Numbered from the stretch's first letter, positions 9,088 to 17,955 are shown. The stretch: DNA of 64,000 nt from Nitrospirota bacterium (GCA_021790195.1 JAJYIF010000011.1:19069-83068), one strand, 5' to 3'. Notes: generated from the letters alone by a model not told the origin. Numbers and translations are program-made.

Positions 9088-9134
9088 TTCATAACCTCCT
9101 CTTCAGGGATCATTCGGTTAATGACGCCTGGGTC

Positions 9135-9194
9135 TTAGCAAGGATGAATGACGGATGTGCCTATAACAGCGGGCTTCACATATTTCTTCTTCAT
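9135..9194 (-). CDS. Possible 19-aa peptide MKKKYVKPAVIGTSVIHPC
   Basis: Too short for the ORF track. AAGGAGGT sits 4 nt upstream of the ATG. It lies 47 nt upstream of the secreted-protein gene on the same strand. Confidence 0.35.
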   Translation of the reverse strand: MKKKYVKPAVIGTSVIHPC

Positions 9195-9344
9195 AATTAC
9201 CTCCTTTCACCGAAGTTTGACGAAAGGGGAAACGGTCGCGGCACACATTCCGCAACTCTTTCACGAAGATTGCCATATCTGTCAGGAATTGTCAAGACAA
9301 TTCTTAATTGATTGACTTTAGCATTTGCCGTGCCAATATTTCCG

Positions 9345-9557
9345 TTAGTCGCTTTCGGCTGCCCTTAAGATTTGGCCGGTCGGCATCATGTCCACCGGCG
9401 GCGGCGCCCCATGCTGCTTCCGGTAATCCTTGCGCTTGCACTCGTTCATCTTCGGTCCCACGCAATAAGTGCTTATCATCCCTTTGCAAGCACTGCTCCA
9501 GTCTTTCTCGTACTTCCTGAAGAATCCGCACGTCTCCAACAACTCACATCGTTCCAT
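9345..9557 (-). CDS. Small conserved-looking Cys-rich protein
   Basis: 70 aa: CELLETCGFF...ACKGMISTYCVGPKMNECKR...PPPVDMMPTG. I recall similar small proteins in anaerobes without an assigned function. It has its own promoter. Confidence 0.6.
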   Translation of the reverse strand: MERCELLETCGFFRKYEKDWSSACKGMISTYCVGPKMNECKRKDYRKQHGAPPPVDMMPTGQILRAAESD

Positions 9558-9601
9558 AGTTCATTCCCCCTAAACCTAAAGTTACAATTATAATATAATC
9601 T

Positions 9602-9630
9602 ATTCTAAGTGCCATGATCAATAATGTCAA
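9602..9630 (-). promoter_or_regulatory. Sigma70-type promoter for the Cys-rich small protein gene
   Basis: On the minus strand: TTGACA (9625-9630), a 17-nt spacer, then TAGAAT (9602-9607). It lies about 45 nt upstream of the ATG at 9557. Confidence 0.45.
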
Positions 9631-10122
9631 TTCACGAGGAATGGATATTGTCATTTTCCCGGGAACTTTATGATAGCGCTGCTATTGAAGGTCTCTTTTC
9701 GATCGATCTTGAGAATACCGTTATATCAAGTGGTTACGACCGCGAATGTAGGACAAATTCTATTGAAAAAGGTGATTATAAGGAATAAAATATAATCAAG
9801 AAGAGGAAGTTAAAGTATACTTCCAGACTCAGGGAAGAAGGGACTTAGTAAGGAAGAAAAAAGAAGAAAAATTGGGAATATTACCTGTCGGAAAAAGACA
9901 GGAATATAGGGCCCAAAAAAATCTTTGGATCCGACTGAGGTCCCAGGCTTCCCGGGGATCTGGAGGGTAGAGTATCCTGGAACCATACGAGGAGAAAGGA
10001 TATCCGTTAACACAACGGTCGGGTTCAGTGAGGACCCAAAGATAAAATCCCTCCCCGCATGGTTCTATAATTTTATCGTACCAGCTCTTTATTATGAGCG
10101 CAGCATTTAAGTCCTTGCCCTG

Positions 10123-10989
10123 CTACTTATTTACCGGACTTAATGTTTCTTCGTCAAAGCGCCAGGCTCCCTGCTCGCGTGAAAAATGGGCCTCCCCGCG
10201 GACTTCCCCTGTTTCTCCCTTCCCTTCAATGAGAAGAAGCGCCTTGTCCCCCTTCACATATGCGGCATTTACCTTCACTTCTCTCGGATGGCCCTGTTTC
10301 AGAAATGAGAGGAAAGAGTTCCCTTTGCCTTCAGCCTCTGCCTTGTCCCACACAGACCGGCGTTCCTCGGACAACAGCGACCTGAGTGCCCGTTTGTCCC
10401 AGCCGCTAAGTGCCCTGTGATAGGCCAAATATGCCTTGCCCGGTTCTCCTCCTCCCGGTCCCTGGGGCTTGCCATGGTCGTCATCAGAAACAGGCACATT
10501 GAGGGATATGTCGAACCAGCGGTGCCCGTCGGCGCCCTTGGGGAAGTTGAGCTTTCCGGTCAGTCTTCCGCCCTGGAGGATGACGGTCGACTGGACCAAG
10601 GGGTCGGCGCAATAGCCGCAGCCGTCATTCGGGCCGAAGTAATACGACAAGCCTCGATAACTGCCGTCAGGTCCGAACTCGAAATATACGATACCCGTCT
10701 TTTCGTCTTTGAAATAGCGTTCAAGCGCGTTCCTGCGGTCCCAATAGAGGTCCAGGGCCTCCTTAACGAAGCCCTGATTACTTACCGCAACTACTATAAC
10801 TTTCCCTTTGCCTCCGAGAGAGGGAGTTCCATAAAATGCATAAGCGTCCTTCACCTCCATAGCGGACCCGGTGGTCTTAAAACTGCCCGAGGCCCTGCCG
10901 CCTTCCTCGGCTGCAGAGAGCATGGCCGGCATGAGCAGACATAGACAGGACAAAATAAAGCTTACGAGGTTCCCGAAGGCGTTCTTCAA
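10123..10989 (-). CDS. Secreted hypothetical protein
   Basis: 288 aa with signal peptide ...LSCLCLLMPAMLSAAEE. No recognisable family. Confidence 0.6.
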   Translation of the reverse strand: MKNAFGNLVSFILSCLCLLMPAMLSAAEEGGRASGSFKTTGSAMEVKDAYAFYGTPSLGGKGKVIVVAVSNQGFVKEALDLYWDRRNALERYFKDEKTGIVYFEFGPDGSYRGLSYYFGPNDGCGYCADPLVQSTVILQGGRLTGKLNFPKGADGHRWFDISLNVPVSDDDHGKPQGPGGGEPGKAYLAYHRALSGWDKRALRSLLSEERRSVWDKAEAEGKGNSFLSFLKQGHPREVKVNAAYVKGDKALLLIEGKGETGEVRGEAHFSREQGAWRFDEETLSPVNK

Positions 10990-11149
10990 CAGAAGTCTCC
11001 TTTCTTAACCATATCTATTGATACTTCATTGACGTTGAGATGTCAAGGTCCCGACGTTTTTGGCTCCTGGCCCGTTTGTTCCTTTCAGGCGCTTGCCCAA
11101 AAGGACCGGTTTAGTGCAAAATATCAGCTACGCCTATGAGAGAGTATTC

Positions 11150-12061
11150 ATGCCGTTGAGAGTCGCCGTTGTGGGCGCAGGCTATTTGGGACAGCACCAC
11201 GCGAGGATATATGCGGAAATGAACGAAGCTGAACTTGCTTACGTGGTGGACAGTGACAAGGCGAGGGCGGATGAAGTTGCGGGCCGATACGGTTGCAGTG
11301 CCCGCACCGATTACCGCGCTGTACTCGCTGATGTCGATGTGGTGAGCGTGGTGGTCAGCACCACAAGTCATTTCGATGTGGCGCGTGACTGCTTAAGGGC
11401 CGGGAAGGATGTCATGGTGGAGAAACCCATTACGGCCACCTTGTCACAGGCGGATGAACTGGTAAATGAGGCGCAGAAGGCGGACTGCATATTACAGGTC
11501 GGGCATCTTGAAAGATACAACCCCGGAGTCAAGGTGATCTCTGAAATGGTGGATGGGCCGAGGCTGGTCGAGGCCGTCAGGCTGTCCCCTTTCCTAAACA
11601 GGGGCTGCGACGTGGATGTCACACTTGATCTTATGATACACGATATAGATATAGCTCTGAGCTTTATTCGGTCGCCTGTAAGGCGCGCCGACGCTGCGGG
11701 CTTTTCTTTCGTGACGGAGAAGATCGATGAGGCGAGGGCGTGGGTCGAGTTTGAAAATGGCGCAGTGGCTTGTTTTGCGGCGAGCCGGGTCTCGAATGAA
11801 AAGATGAGAAAGCTAAGTGTATTTCAGAAGGACGGGTTTATGGAACTCGATTATCAGTCCGGTATTGTCAAACGCACTTCGTCCGGCGCCGGGGAACCGG
11901 AAACCTTCAGGCCGGAATTCAAGGAGCCTTTGAAAGAAGAGCTCAGGGACTTTGTCCGTTGCGTCGCCAGGAGAGAGCGGCCTAAGGTATCGGGAGTAGA
12001 GGGCCGCAACGCCCTCGCACTGGCTCTTGAGATAGGCTCGGCAATGGAGAAGCACAGATGA
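11150..12061 (+). CDS. Gfo/Idh/MocA-family NAD-dependent sugar oxidoreductase (GnnA-like UDP-GlcNAc 3-dehydrogenase candidate)
   Basis: MPLRVAVVGAGYLGQHHARIY Rossmann N-terminus and an EKP motif (VMVEKPI). The stop overlaps the start of the downstream DegT aminotransferase (ATGA). I chose the start at 11150 over the ORF-track 11060. Confidence 0.75.
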   Translation: MPLRVAVVGAGYLGQHHARIYAEMNEAELAYVVDSDKARADEVAGRYGCSARTDYRAVLADVDVVSVVVSTTSHFDVARDCLRAGKDVMVEKPITATLSQADELVNEAQKADCILQVGHLERYNPGVKVISEMVDGPRLVEAVRLSPFLNRGCDVDVTLDLMIHDIDIALSFIRSPVRRADAAGFSFVTEKIDEARAWVEFENGAVACFAASRVSNEKMRKLSVFQKDGFMELDYQSGIVKRTSSGAGEPETFRPEFKEPLKEELRDFVRCVARRERPKVSGVEGRNALALALEIGSAMEKHR

Positions 12062-13155
12062 TCCCTATGGTCGATCTTGGAAAACAATTTGCGGGGATCC
12101 GGGAAGAGATCATGGAGATGATGTGCCGGATACTTGAGAGTTCTCACTACATCCTCGGTCCCAATGTCCGGGAGTTTGAGAAGAAGATAGCCGATTATTT
12201 AAAGGTCGCAGGCGCCATAGGAGTCGCCTCGGGGACCGACGCACTTCATCTCTCTGTAGAGGTCCTCGGTATCGGAGAGGGCGACGAGGTTATTACCACA
12301 CCATTTACTTTTTTTGCGACGGTCGAGGCGATTGTTTACACAGGTGCGCAACCGGTGTTTGTGGACATAGACGAGAAGACCTTCGCAATCGACTGCAGGA
12401 AGATCGAGGAAAAGATAACGCGCAAAACGAAGGCTATACTTCCTGTGCATCTCTTCGGTCATCCCGCGGACATGAAGACGGTTATGAAGATTGCCGGGAA
12501 ACACCGTCTCAGCGTTGTGGAGGACTGCGCCCAGGCCTTCGGAGCCGAGATAGAGGGCCAGAAGGTGGGCGGTTTCGGTAACACCGGCTGCTTCAGCTTC
12601 TATCCGAGCAAGAACCTCGGGGCTTATGGCGACGGGGGGATGATTACGCTCGGCAGGGACGGCAGCGTCTCGGACGAGATAAGGGAGCTCCGGAACCACG
12701 GGTCGAAGGGATCATATATTCATGACTCTGTCGGTTTCAACAGCAGGCTTGACGAAATCCAGGCCGGCATTCTCCAGATCAAGTTGAAAAGGATCGATGA
12801 ATACAACAGGAAGAGAAGAGAGAAGGCGGAGTTGTATAGCTCCCTGTTGTCGGACGCGGTCACCTGTCCGATTGAAAAGGAGGGTTGCTACCACGTTTAC
12901 AATCAGTATACGATCAGGTCTAGGAAACGGGATGAGATCCAGAGAAGGTTGAAGGAAGAGGGAATATCGTCTGTAGTTTATTATCCACGTCCGCTTCATC
13001 TCCAGAAGGCCCTGAGCTATCTTGGGCACAGGGAAGGAGATTTCCCTGCCGCGGAAGAGGCTGCGAAGGAGGTGCTTTCGCTGCCGATCTATCCGGAACT
13101 CGAGGAGTCTGACATAAAGAGAATCGCCGGTATAGTAAGAAAGGCCGCCGGATAA
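12058..13155 (+). CDS. DegT/DnrJ/EryC1-family PLP-dependent sugar aminotransferase (GnnB-like candidate)
   Basis: The family sequence is clear: ...GPNVREFEKKIADYL...ASGTDALHL...FYPSKNLGAYGDGG...RNHG... Confidence 0.85.
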   Translation: MIPMVDLGKQFAGIREEIMEMMCRILESSHYILGPNVREFEKKIADYLKVAGAIGVASGTDALHLSVEVLGIGEGDEVITTPFTFFATVEAIVYTGAQPVFVDIDEKTFAIDCRKIEEKITRKTKAILPVHLFGHPADMKTVMKIAGKHRLSVVEDCAQAFGAEIEGQKVGGFGNTGCFSFYPSKNLGAYGDGGMITLGRDGSVSDEIRELRNHGSKGSYIHDSVGFNSRLDEIQAGILQIKLKRIDEYNRKRREKAELYSSLLSDAVTCPIEKEGCYHVYNQYTIRSRKRDEIQRRLKEEGISSVVYYPRPLHLQKALSYLGHREGDFPAAEEAAKEVLSLPIYPELEESDIKRIAGIVRKAAG

Positions 13156-13256
13156 ATCCCTCCCAGCCTCCCTTTTTCAAAGGGAGGAGATTCTGCCGCT
13201 CTTTGACAGACGGGTGAGGCGAGATTTTTCGATAAGAATTTCTACTCTTGGATAAT

Positions 13257-14393
13257 ATGAAGACCGTTATGATAGTGGCAGGGGAAAGCTCCGGTGAGCT
13301 TTATGGCTCTCTTCTTGCAAAGGCCCTGAAGAGTATGTGGCCGGACGTAAGGGTCGCAGGCATCGGAGGGGAGAGGATGAGGGACGCCGGAGTGGAGATG
13401 CTCGCCGGCATCTCGAGCTCTTTCGGAATTACCGAGACGCTTCTGTCGCTGAAGAGACTGCGCGAATCTTTTGATATCGCTTCAAGTGCCCTGTCTTGGC
13501 TTGCCCCCGAGGTTGTTGTCCTCATAGACTATCCCGATTTCAATTTCAGGATAGCGCGCATCGCCAGAAGAAGGGGACTGAAGGTGCTCTATTATGTGAG
13601 TCCCCAGGTGTGGGCGTGGCGGAAGGGAAGGGTGAAGACCATGGGGGAGATAGCGGACAAGGTTGCGGTCATACTTCCCTTTGAGGAGGCGATTTACGCA
13701 AGGGCCGGCATCCCCTGCGAATTCGTCGGACACCCGGTCATGGAAGAGATAGAGGAATATGAATCCAGAATCCAGAATCCGGGAACCAAGAATCAAACCG
13801 GATCAAATCCGGTAATTGCGCTTCTTCCGGGAAGCAGGCCGCACGAGCTGAAGACATTGCTGCCTGTCTTTGTCGATTTTGTGAGGATGTCGAAGGACGT
13901 GCTTCAGGGTTCGAAATTCATCGTACCGCTTGCCCCGAATATAGAGGCGGAGAAGATCAGCGGGCTGGTGGGCCTGCTGCGCGGGATGGGCGTTGAATTT
14001 GTGAACGGCAGAACGATCGAAAGCCTTGCCGCCTCAGACCTCGCTGTTGTCGCCTCGGGGACCGCCACACTGCAGGCCGCGCTCCTGCGCGTTCCAACGG
14101 TAGTCGTCTATAAGGTATCGCCTGTCACCTACCTTGCCGGAAAGACGATACTGGATGTGAAGTATATCTCTCTCGTGAACATCATTCCCGGAAGACAGGT
14201 CATCCGGGAGCTCATTCAAAACGAGGCTAATGCAATGAACATAATGCAAGAGGTCAGGAAGATTTTGTATGATGTTAGCTACAGGAGCGCGATGATATCG
14301 TCCTTTGAGGAGATCAGAGTGATATTCTCAGGGAGGCGTCCGTCCCGCAGGGTGGCGGAGCTGATCGGTTCGATGGCCGGATGGAGGAATTAG
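13257..14393 (+). CDS. lpxB: Lipid-A-disaccharide synthase
   Basis: MKTVMIVAGESSGELYGSLLAKAL..., YYVSPQVWAWRKGR and LLPGSR motifs. The alternative TTG start is at 13248. Confidence 0.9.
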   Translation: MKTVMIVAGESSGELYGSLLAKALKSMWPDVRVAGIGGERMRDAGVEMLAGISSSFGITETLLSLKRLRESFDIASSALSWLAPEVVVLIDYPDFNFRIARIARRRGLKVLYYVSPQVWAWRKGRVKTMGEIADKVAVILPFEEAIYARAGIPCEFVGHPVMEEIEEYESRIQNPGTKNQTGSNPVIALLPGSRPHELKTLLPVFVDFVRMSKDVLQGSKFIVPLAPNIEAEKISGLVGLLRGMGVEFVNGRTIESLAASDLAVVASGTATLQAALLRVPTVVVYKVSPVTYLAGKTILDVKYISLVNIIPGRQVIRELIQNEANAMNIMQEVRKILYDVSYRSAMISSFEEIRVIFSGRRPSRRVAELIGSMAGWRN

Positions 14394-14403
14394 TCCCTGC
14401 TTG

Positions 14404-14431
14404 GAATCCTATAAATTAGAATCCTATAAAT
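14404..14431. repeat. Tandem 13-bp direct repeat GAATCCTATAAAT x2 in the lpxB-msbA intergenic region
   Basis: Exact copies at 14404-14416 and 14419-14431. Each contains a TATAAAT box. Possible promoter or operator. Confidence 0.5.
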
Positions 14432-14456
14432 CTGTGTGACTCTGAGGTAGATTGAG

Positions 14457-16226
14457 ATGGAAGCCCTGAAAAAGATACTCCTGCTTGTGAAGCCGTACTC
14501 TGGACGCATGCTCCTTGCAGGATTGTGCAGCCTTACGGTCTCGGCCACGAACGGCGCGCTCGCCTGGCTTGTGAAGCCGGCGGTCGACAAGGTATTCGTC
14601 GAGAGAGGAGCGGTGTTTATCTTTCCGCTCAGCGTCGCTATCATGCTCGTCTTCCTCGGCAGGGGTCTATTCACGTTCCTCCACAACTATCTCATGAGCT
14701 CGGTCGGAGCGAAGGTCGTGAGGGACATAAGAAACAGGATGTACCATCACATGCTGTATGTGCCTATGAGCTTCCTGCAAAGGGATTCGTCCGGCGCCAT
14801 GGTGTCGCGCGTGCTTAATGACGCAGGGGTGGTCCAGGGCCTGCTTGCCTATACCGTGAAAGACCTCTTTGTGGAAAGCGCCTCTGTCATAGTTCTCGTC
14901 TGTGTTGCGATGTACAGGCGCTGGGACCTGACCCTCATCTCGATCGTTGTTTTGCCGCTGGCCTTTCATTTCGTGTCGAGGCTTGGAAAGAAACTTAGAA
15001 AAGTGAGCCGGCGAACTCAGGAAAAGATAGCGGGCCTGACAGAGATGCTTACGGAAAGCTTCTCGGGAAGCAAGATCATCAAATCCTTCTGCCGTGAAGA
15101 GGACGAGGTGGAAAGGTTCCGGGAAAAGAACCAGGACTATTACCGGGAGCTCATGCGTTCCACGAGGATCACCGGCGCCACCTCGCTGATGATGGAATTC
15201 GTCGGCGGTGTCGGCATAGGGTTTGTGGTCTGGTACGGGGGGAGTCTTGTAATCAGGGGAGCGATCACTACCGGCGATTTCTTCTCGTTCCTCACTGCGA
15301 TCTTTCTGATTTATACCCCCGCAAAGAGACTTGCGGCAGCGCAGAATACCCTGCAACAGGTGCGGCCGCCCCTCGAAAGAGTGGAGCGCCTCTTAAAGGA
15401 AGAGGAGGAAAAGGACGGGAGCGTGTCTTTGGAAGGGTTCGGCGGCGAAATTGCATTTAACAATGTCTCTTTCAGATATGAAGGCAAGGATGACAATGCG
15501 CTGAACGGCATCTCTCTTTCGGTAAAGAAAGGCGAGGTCGTTGCGCTTGTGGGCAAGAGCGGGGCCGGGAAGACCACATTGGTCGACCTGATCCCGAGGT
15601 TCTTTTCCCCTTCGGAAGGAAGGATTACCGTGGACGGTGTCGATGTCTCGACGGTGACGCTCAAGTCTCTTCGCTCTCTCGTCGGCATAGTGAGCCAGGA
15701 CACTATACTCTTCAATGATACGATAAGGGCCAATATCGCCTACGGGAGACCGGGGGCCTCCGAGGAGGAATTGCTCGGCGCGTCCAAGGCCGCATACGCC
15801 CACGAATTCATTCTCCAGCTCCCGGACGGCTATGACACCGTGATCGGGGAAAGAGGGGTCAGGCTCTCCGGAGGTCAGAAACAGAGGCTTTCAATAGCCA
15901 GAGCAATTCTGAAGAACCCGCCGATACTCATCCTGGATGAAGCCACGTCTTCTCTCGATACCGCTTCAGAACTCATGGTCCAGAGGGCGCTTGAGAACCT
16001 GATGAACGATAGGACCGCCCTGGTGATTGCGCACCGGCTCTCCACTGTAAGAAGGGCCACCAGGATATTGGTGATGGACAACGGACGGATTGTCGAGTCG
16101 GGCACGCATGACGAACTGCTGGCCGTCAATGGAATCTACAGGAGATTATACAGCCTTCAGTTCGATGAGGCTGCTGCGGAGCAATTTACGGGCGAGTCCG
16201 CGGCCCTGAGGGAACAAGCTTCCTGA
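14457..16226 (+). CDS. msbA: ABC transporter ATP-binding/permease, MsbA-like lipid A exporter
   Basis: Six-TM domain plus nucleotide-binding domain: Walker A GKSGAGKTT, signature LSGGQKQR, Walker B ILILDEATS. Lies next to lpxB. Confidence 0.85.
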   Translation: MEALKKILLLVKPYSGRMLLAGLCSLTVSATNGALAWLVKPAVDKVFVERGAVFIFPLSVAIMLVFLGRGLFTFLHNYLMSSVGAKVVRDIRNRMYHHMLYVPMSFLQRDSSGAMVSRVLNDAGVVQGLLAYTVKDLFVESASVIVLVCVAMYRRWDLTLISIVVLPLAFHFVSRLGKKLRKVSRRTQEKIAGLTEMLTESFSGSKIIKSFCREEDEVERFREKNQDYYRELMRSTRITGATSLMMEFVGGVGIGFVVWYGGSLVIRGAITTGDFFSFLTAIFLIYTPAKRLAAAQNTLQQVRPPLERVERLLKEEEEKDGSVSLEGFGGEIAFNNVSFRYEGKDDNALNGISLSVKKGEVVALVGKSGAGKTTLVDLIPRFFSPSEGRITVDGVDVSTVTLKSLRSLVGIVSQDTILFNDTIRANIAYGRPGASEEELLGASKAAYAHEFILQLPDGYDTVIGERGVRLSGGQKQRLSIARAILKNPPILILDEATSSLDTASELMVQRALENLMNDRTALVIAHRLSTVRRATRILVMDNGRIVESGTHDELLAVNGIYRRLYSLQFDEAAAEQFTGESAALREQAS

Positions 16227-16335
16227 CATGCGCCAGCTCGAACAGCATTCCTAAGTGATATCTTAATATTGCCTCTTCGCTAGCTCCCGTTCACTTATAA
16301 GACGGTTCTGCTATGATGGAAATAACAGGATACTT

Positions 16336-17202
16336 ATGAATATCGTCGTCAGCGGCTCAACGGGCTTTATCGCTTCCCATCTGGTGAAGGTCTTCGCCGA
16401 AAAGAGCTGGCGCGTTATTCCTCTCCGCAGAGAAGATTTCAACCTCGACGATACGTCTTTCCTGAAGAAGATCGACGAAGCGGACGTGGTGATAAACCTT
16501 GCCGGCGCCTCTGTTGCGGAGAGATGGAGCGAGCAGTACAAGAAGGTGATGTACAGCAGCAGGATCGATACTACCAGAAAGATCGTGAGCGCCCTCGAAA
16601 AGATGCAGAGGAGACCGGAAGTATTTATATCGGCTTCGGCAGCCGGTATCTATAAACAGGGAGGTTCCTATACGGAGGAGGACAAGAGCTTCGCTGACGA
16701 TTTCCTCGGAAGGCTGGCCATAGAATGGGAACGGGAGGCCCTCAAGTCCAGAGAGAGCGGCGTCAGGACGGTGATCTTTCGTTTCGGCATTGTGCTCGGC
16801 AGCGACGGGGGCGCGCTGCAAAAGATGCTCGTCCCTTTCAGGATGGGGCTCGGCGGAGTGATCGGAGACGAGAAGCAGCCCTTTTCGTGGGTCCATGTCG
16901 ATGATCTCGTCCGGGCCTTTATTGCAGTTATAGAAGACAAAAGCTTCGAAGGGACCTATAATCTCACCGCACCCCATCCCACTACCAATGAGGTTATGGC
17001 AAAGACCCTCGGGAAAGCGCTTCATAAGCCCGCTCTCATGCGGGTCCCGGAATTTGTCCTCAGGCTTCAGCTCGGTGAGGGGGCCTCGGTGCTTCTGAAG
17101 GGACAAAGGGCCTTGCCCAAAAGGCTTGTCGAAAAAGGGTTTACCTTCAAGTTCACAGATATTGAAAAGGCCATAGAGGACCTCTTAAAGACCGACAAAT
17201 GA
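16336..17202 (+). CDS. TIGR01777/YfcH-type NAD-dependent epimerase family protein (C-terminal DUF1731)
   Basis: MNIVVSGSTGFIASHL Rossmann motif, ...VINLAGASVAERW..., and a typical C-terminus ...LKGQRALPKRLVEKGFTFKF. Confidence 0.8.
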   Translation: MNIVVSGSTGFIASHLVKVFAEKSWRVIPLRREDFNLDDTSFLKKIDEADVVINLAGASVAERWSEQYKKVMYSSRIDTTRKIVSALEKMQRRPEVFISASAAGIYKQGGSYTEEDKSFADDFLGRLAIEWEREALKSRESGVRTVIFRFGIVLGSDGGALQKMLVPFRMGLGGVIGDEKQPFSWVHVDDLVRAFIAVIEDKSFEGTYNLTAPHPTTNEVMAKTLGKALHKPALMRVPEFVLRLQLGEGASVLLKGQRALPKRLVEKGFTFKFTDIEKAIEDLLKTDK

Positions 17203-17313
17203 TTGGCCGTGTCCTCGGCGTGTACCCCCAAAATACCCATGCCGGGCGATTTACTTATCTGTGCTGTTCCGGTAGCATTCTTCAAGGTAAAATACTAACA
17301 CGGATTATTTGTT

Positions 17314-17432
17314 AACTTCGTTGCATGACGGGCAGATACGACTCAAAACCTTTTTGAAATCGACGGGATATCATGATCGGGAAGCCGGGATTAATGAAAA
17401 CCGACTGTAGCGACATGTGTCAAAGCGCTTAT
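17314..17432 (+). repeat. Conserved non-coding element, copy 1, upstream of a PilZ gene
   Basis: 119 nt. In my hand alignment, 106 of 120 columns are identical to the reverse complement of 58520-58639. It ends 64 nt before the PilZ start at 17497. Confidence 0.85.
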
Positions 17433-17496
17433 TGGGAATCTGCATTAAGGCGTTGGAACAAGAAAGTCTTGAGTTGCATCTGCCAATATTTTATGG

Positions 17497-17868
17497 ATGA
17501 TGTGGGCTAAAGATATGGAAACTCCGGTCGAGGGAAAGAAACGCCAGATAAGGTTTATAAAAAGGTGCGAGGTCGAGTTTTCATCGGACAGCGTGACCCG
17601 CAGGGGAATATCCTCCAACCTGTCGTTGAACGGTCTCTTCATCAGGACGGACCTTCCTTTCTTCCCGAACACGATACTCGACATGGTGATCTATCTTCCC
17701 GACGGTTCGGTCTCCGTACTGAAAGGGCGGGTCACAAGGTCGTCAAGGACGTCCCTTGGGATCACGGGGACGCACCTGAAGAATTTCAAGAACGGAATGG
17801 GCATCGAGATCATAAACAGGGACATCAATTATCAGAACTTTATCGGCTCGCTGTTGCGCGAAGCGTGA
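17497..17868 (+). CDS. Single-domain PilZ (c-di-GMP-binding) protein
   Basis: RFIKR (RxxxR) and NLSLNG ((D/N)xSxxG) motifs, and a C-terminal GMGIEI. The start is uncertain (17497 or 17515). Confidence 0.8.
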   Translation: MMWAKDMETPVEGKKRQIRFIKRCEVEFSSDSVTRRGISSNLSLNGLFIRTDLPFFPNTILDMVIYLPDGSVSVLKGRVTRSSRTSLGITGTHLKNFKNGMGIEIINRDINYQNFIGSLLREA

Positions 17869-17955
17869 GAAGACAGAGTTTCGTACGGCAAGGAGAACGA
17901 AGTTTCCGGAGACAAACAGCCGATCGAACTTAGTGACGCCGGAGGCGATGAACAA

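Noticed and set aside
9929-10000. Partial resemblance of ...ctgagg...ggggatctggagggtagag... to the TPP riboswitch core (CUGAGA ... CUGAUCUGGAUAAUGCCAGCG).
   Set aside because: Only a few short words match. No plus-strand gene lies downstream and no thiamine-related gene is nearby.
17324-17356. Short ORF inside the PilZ-upstream element: ATG ACG GGC AGA TAC GAC TCA AAA CCT TTT TGA.
   Set aside because: A 1-nt indel between the two copies destroys frame conservation (10 codons in copy 1, about 45 in copy 2), so the conservation is not protein-coding.
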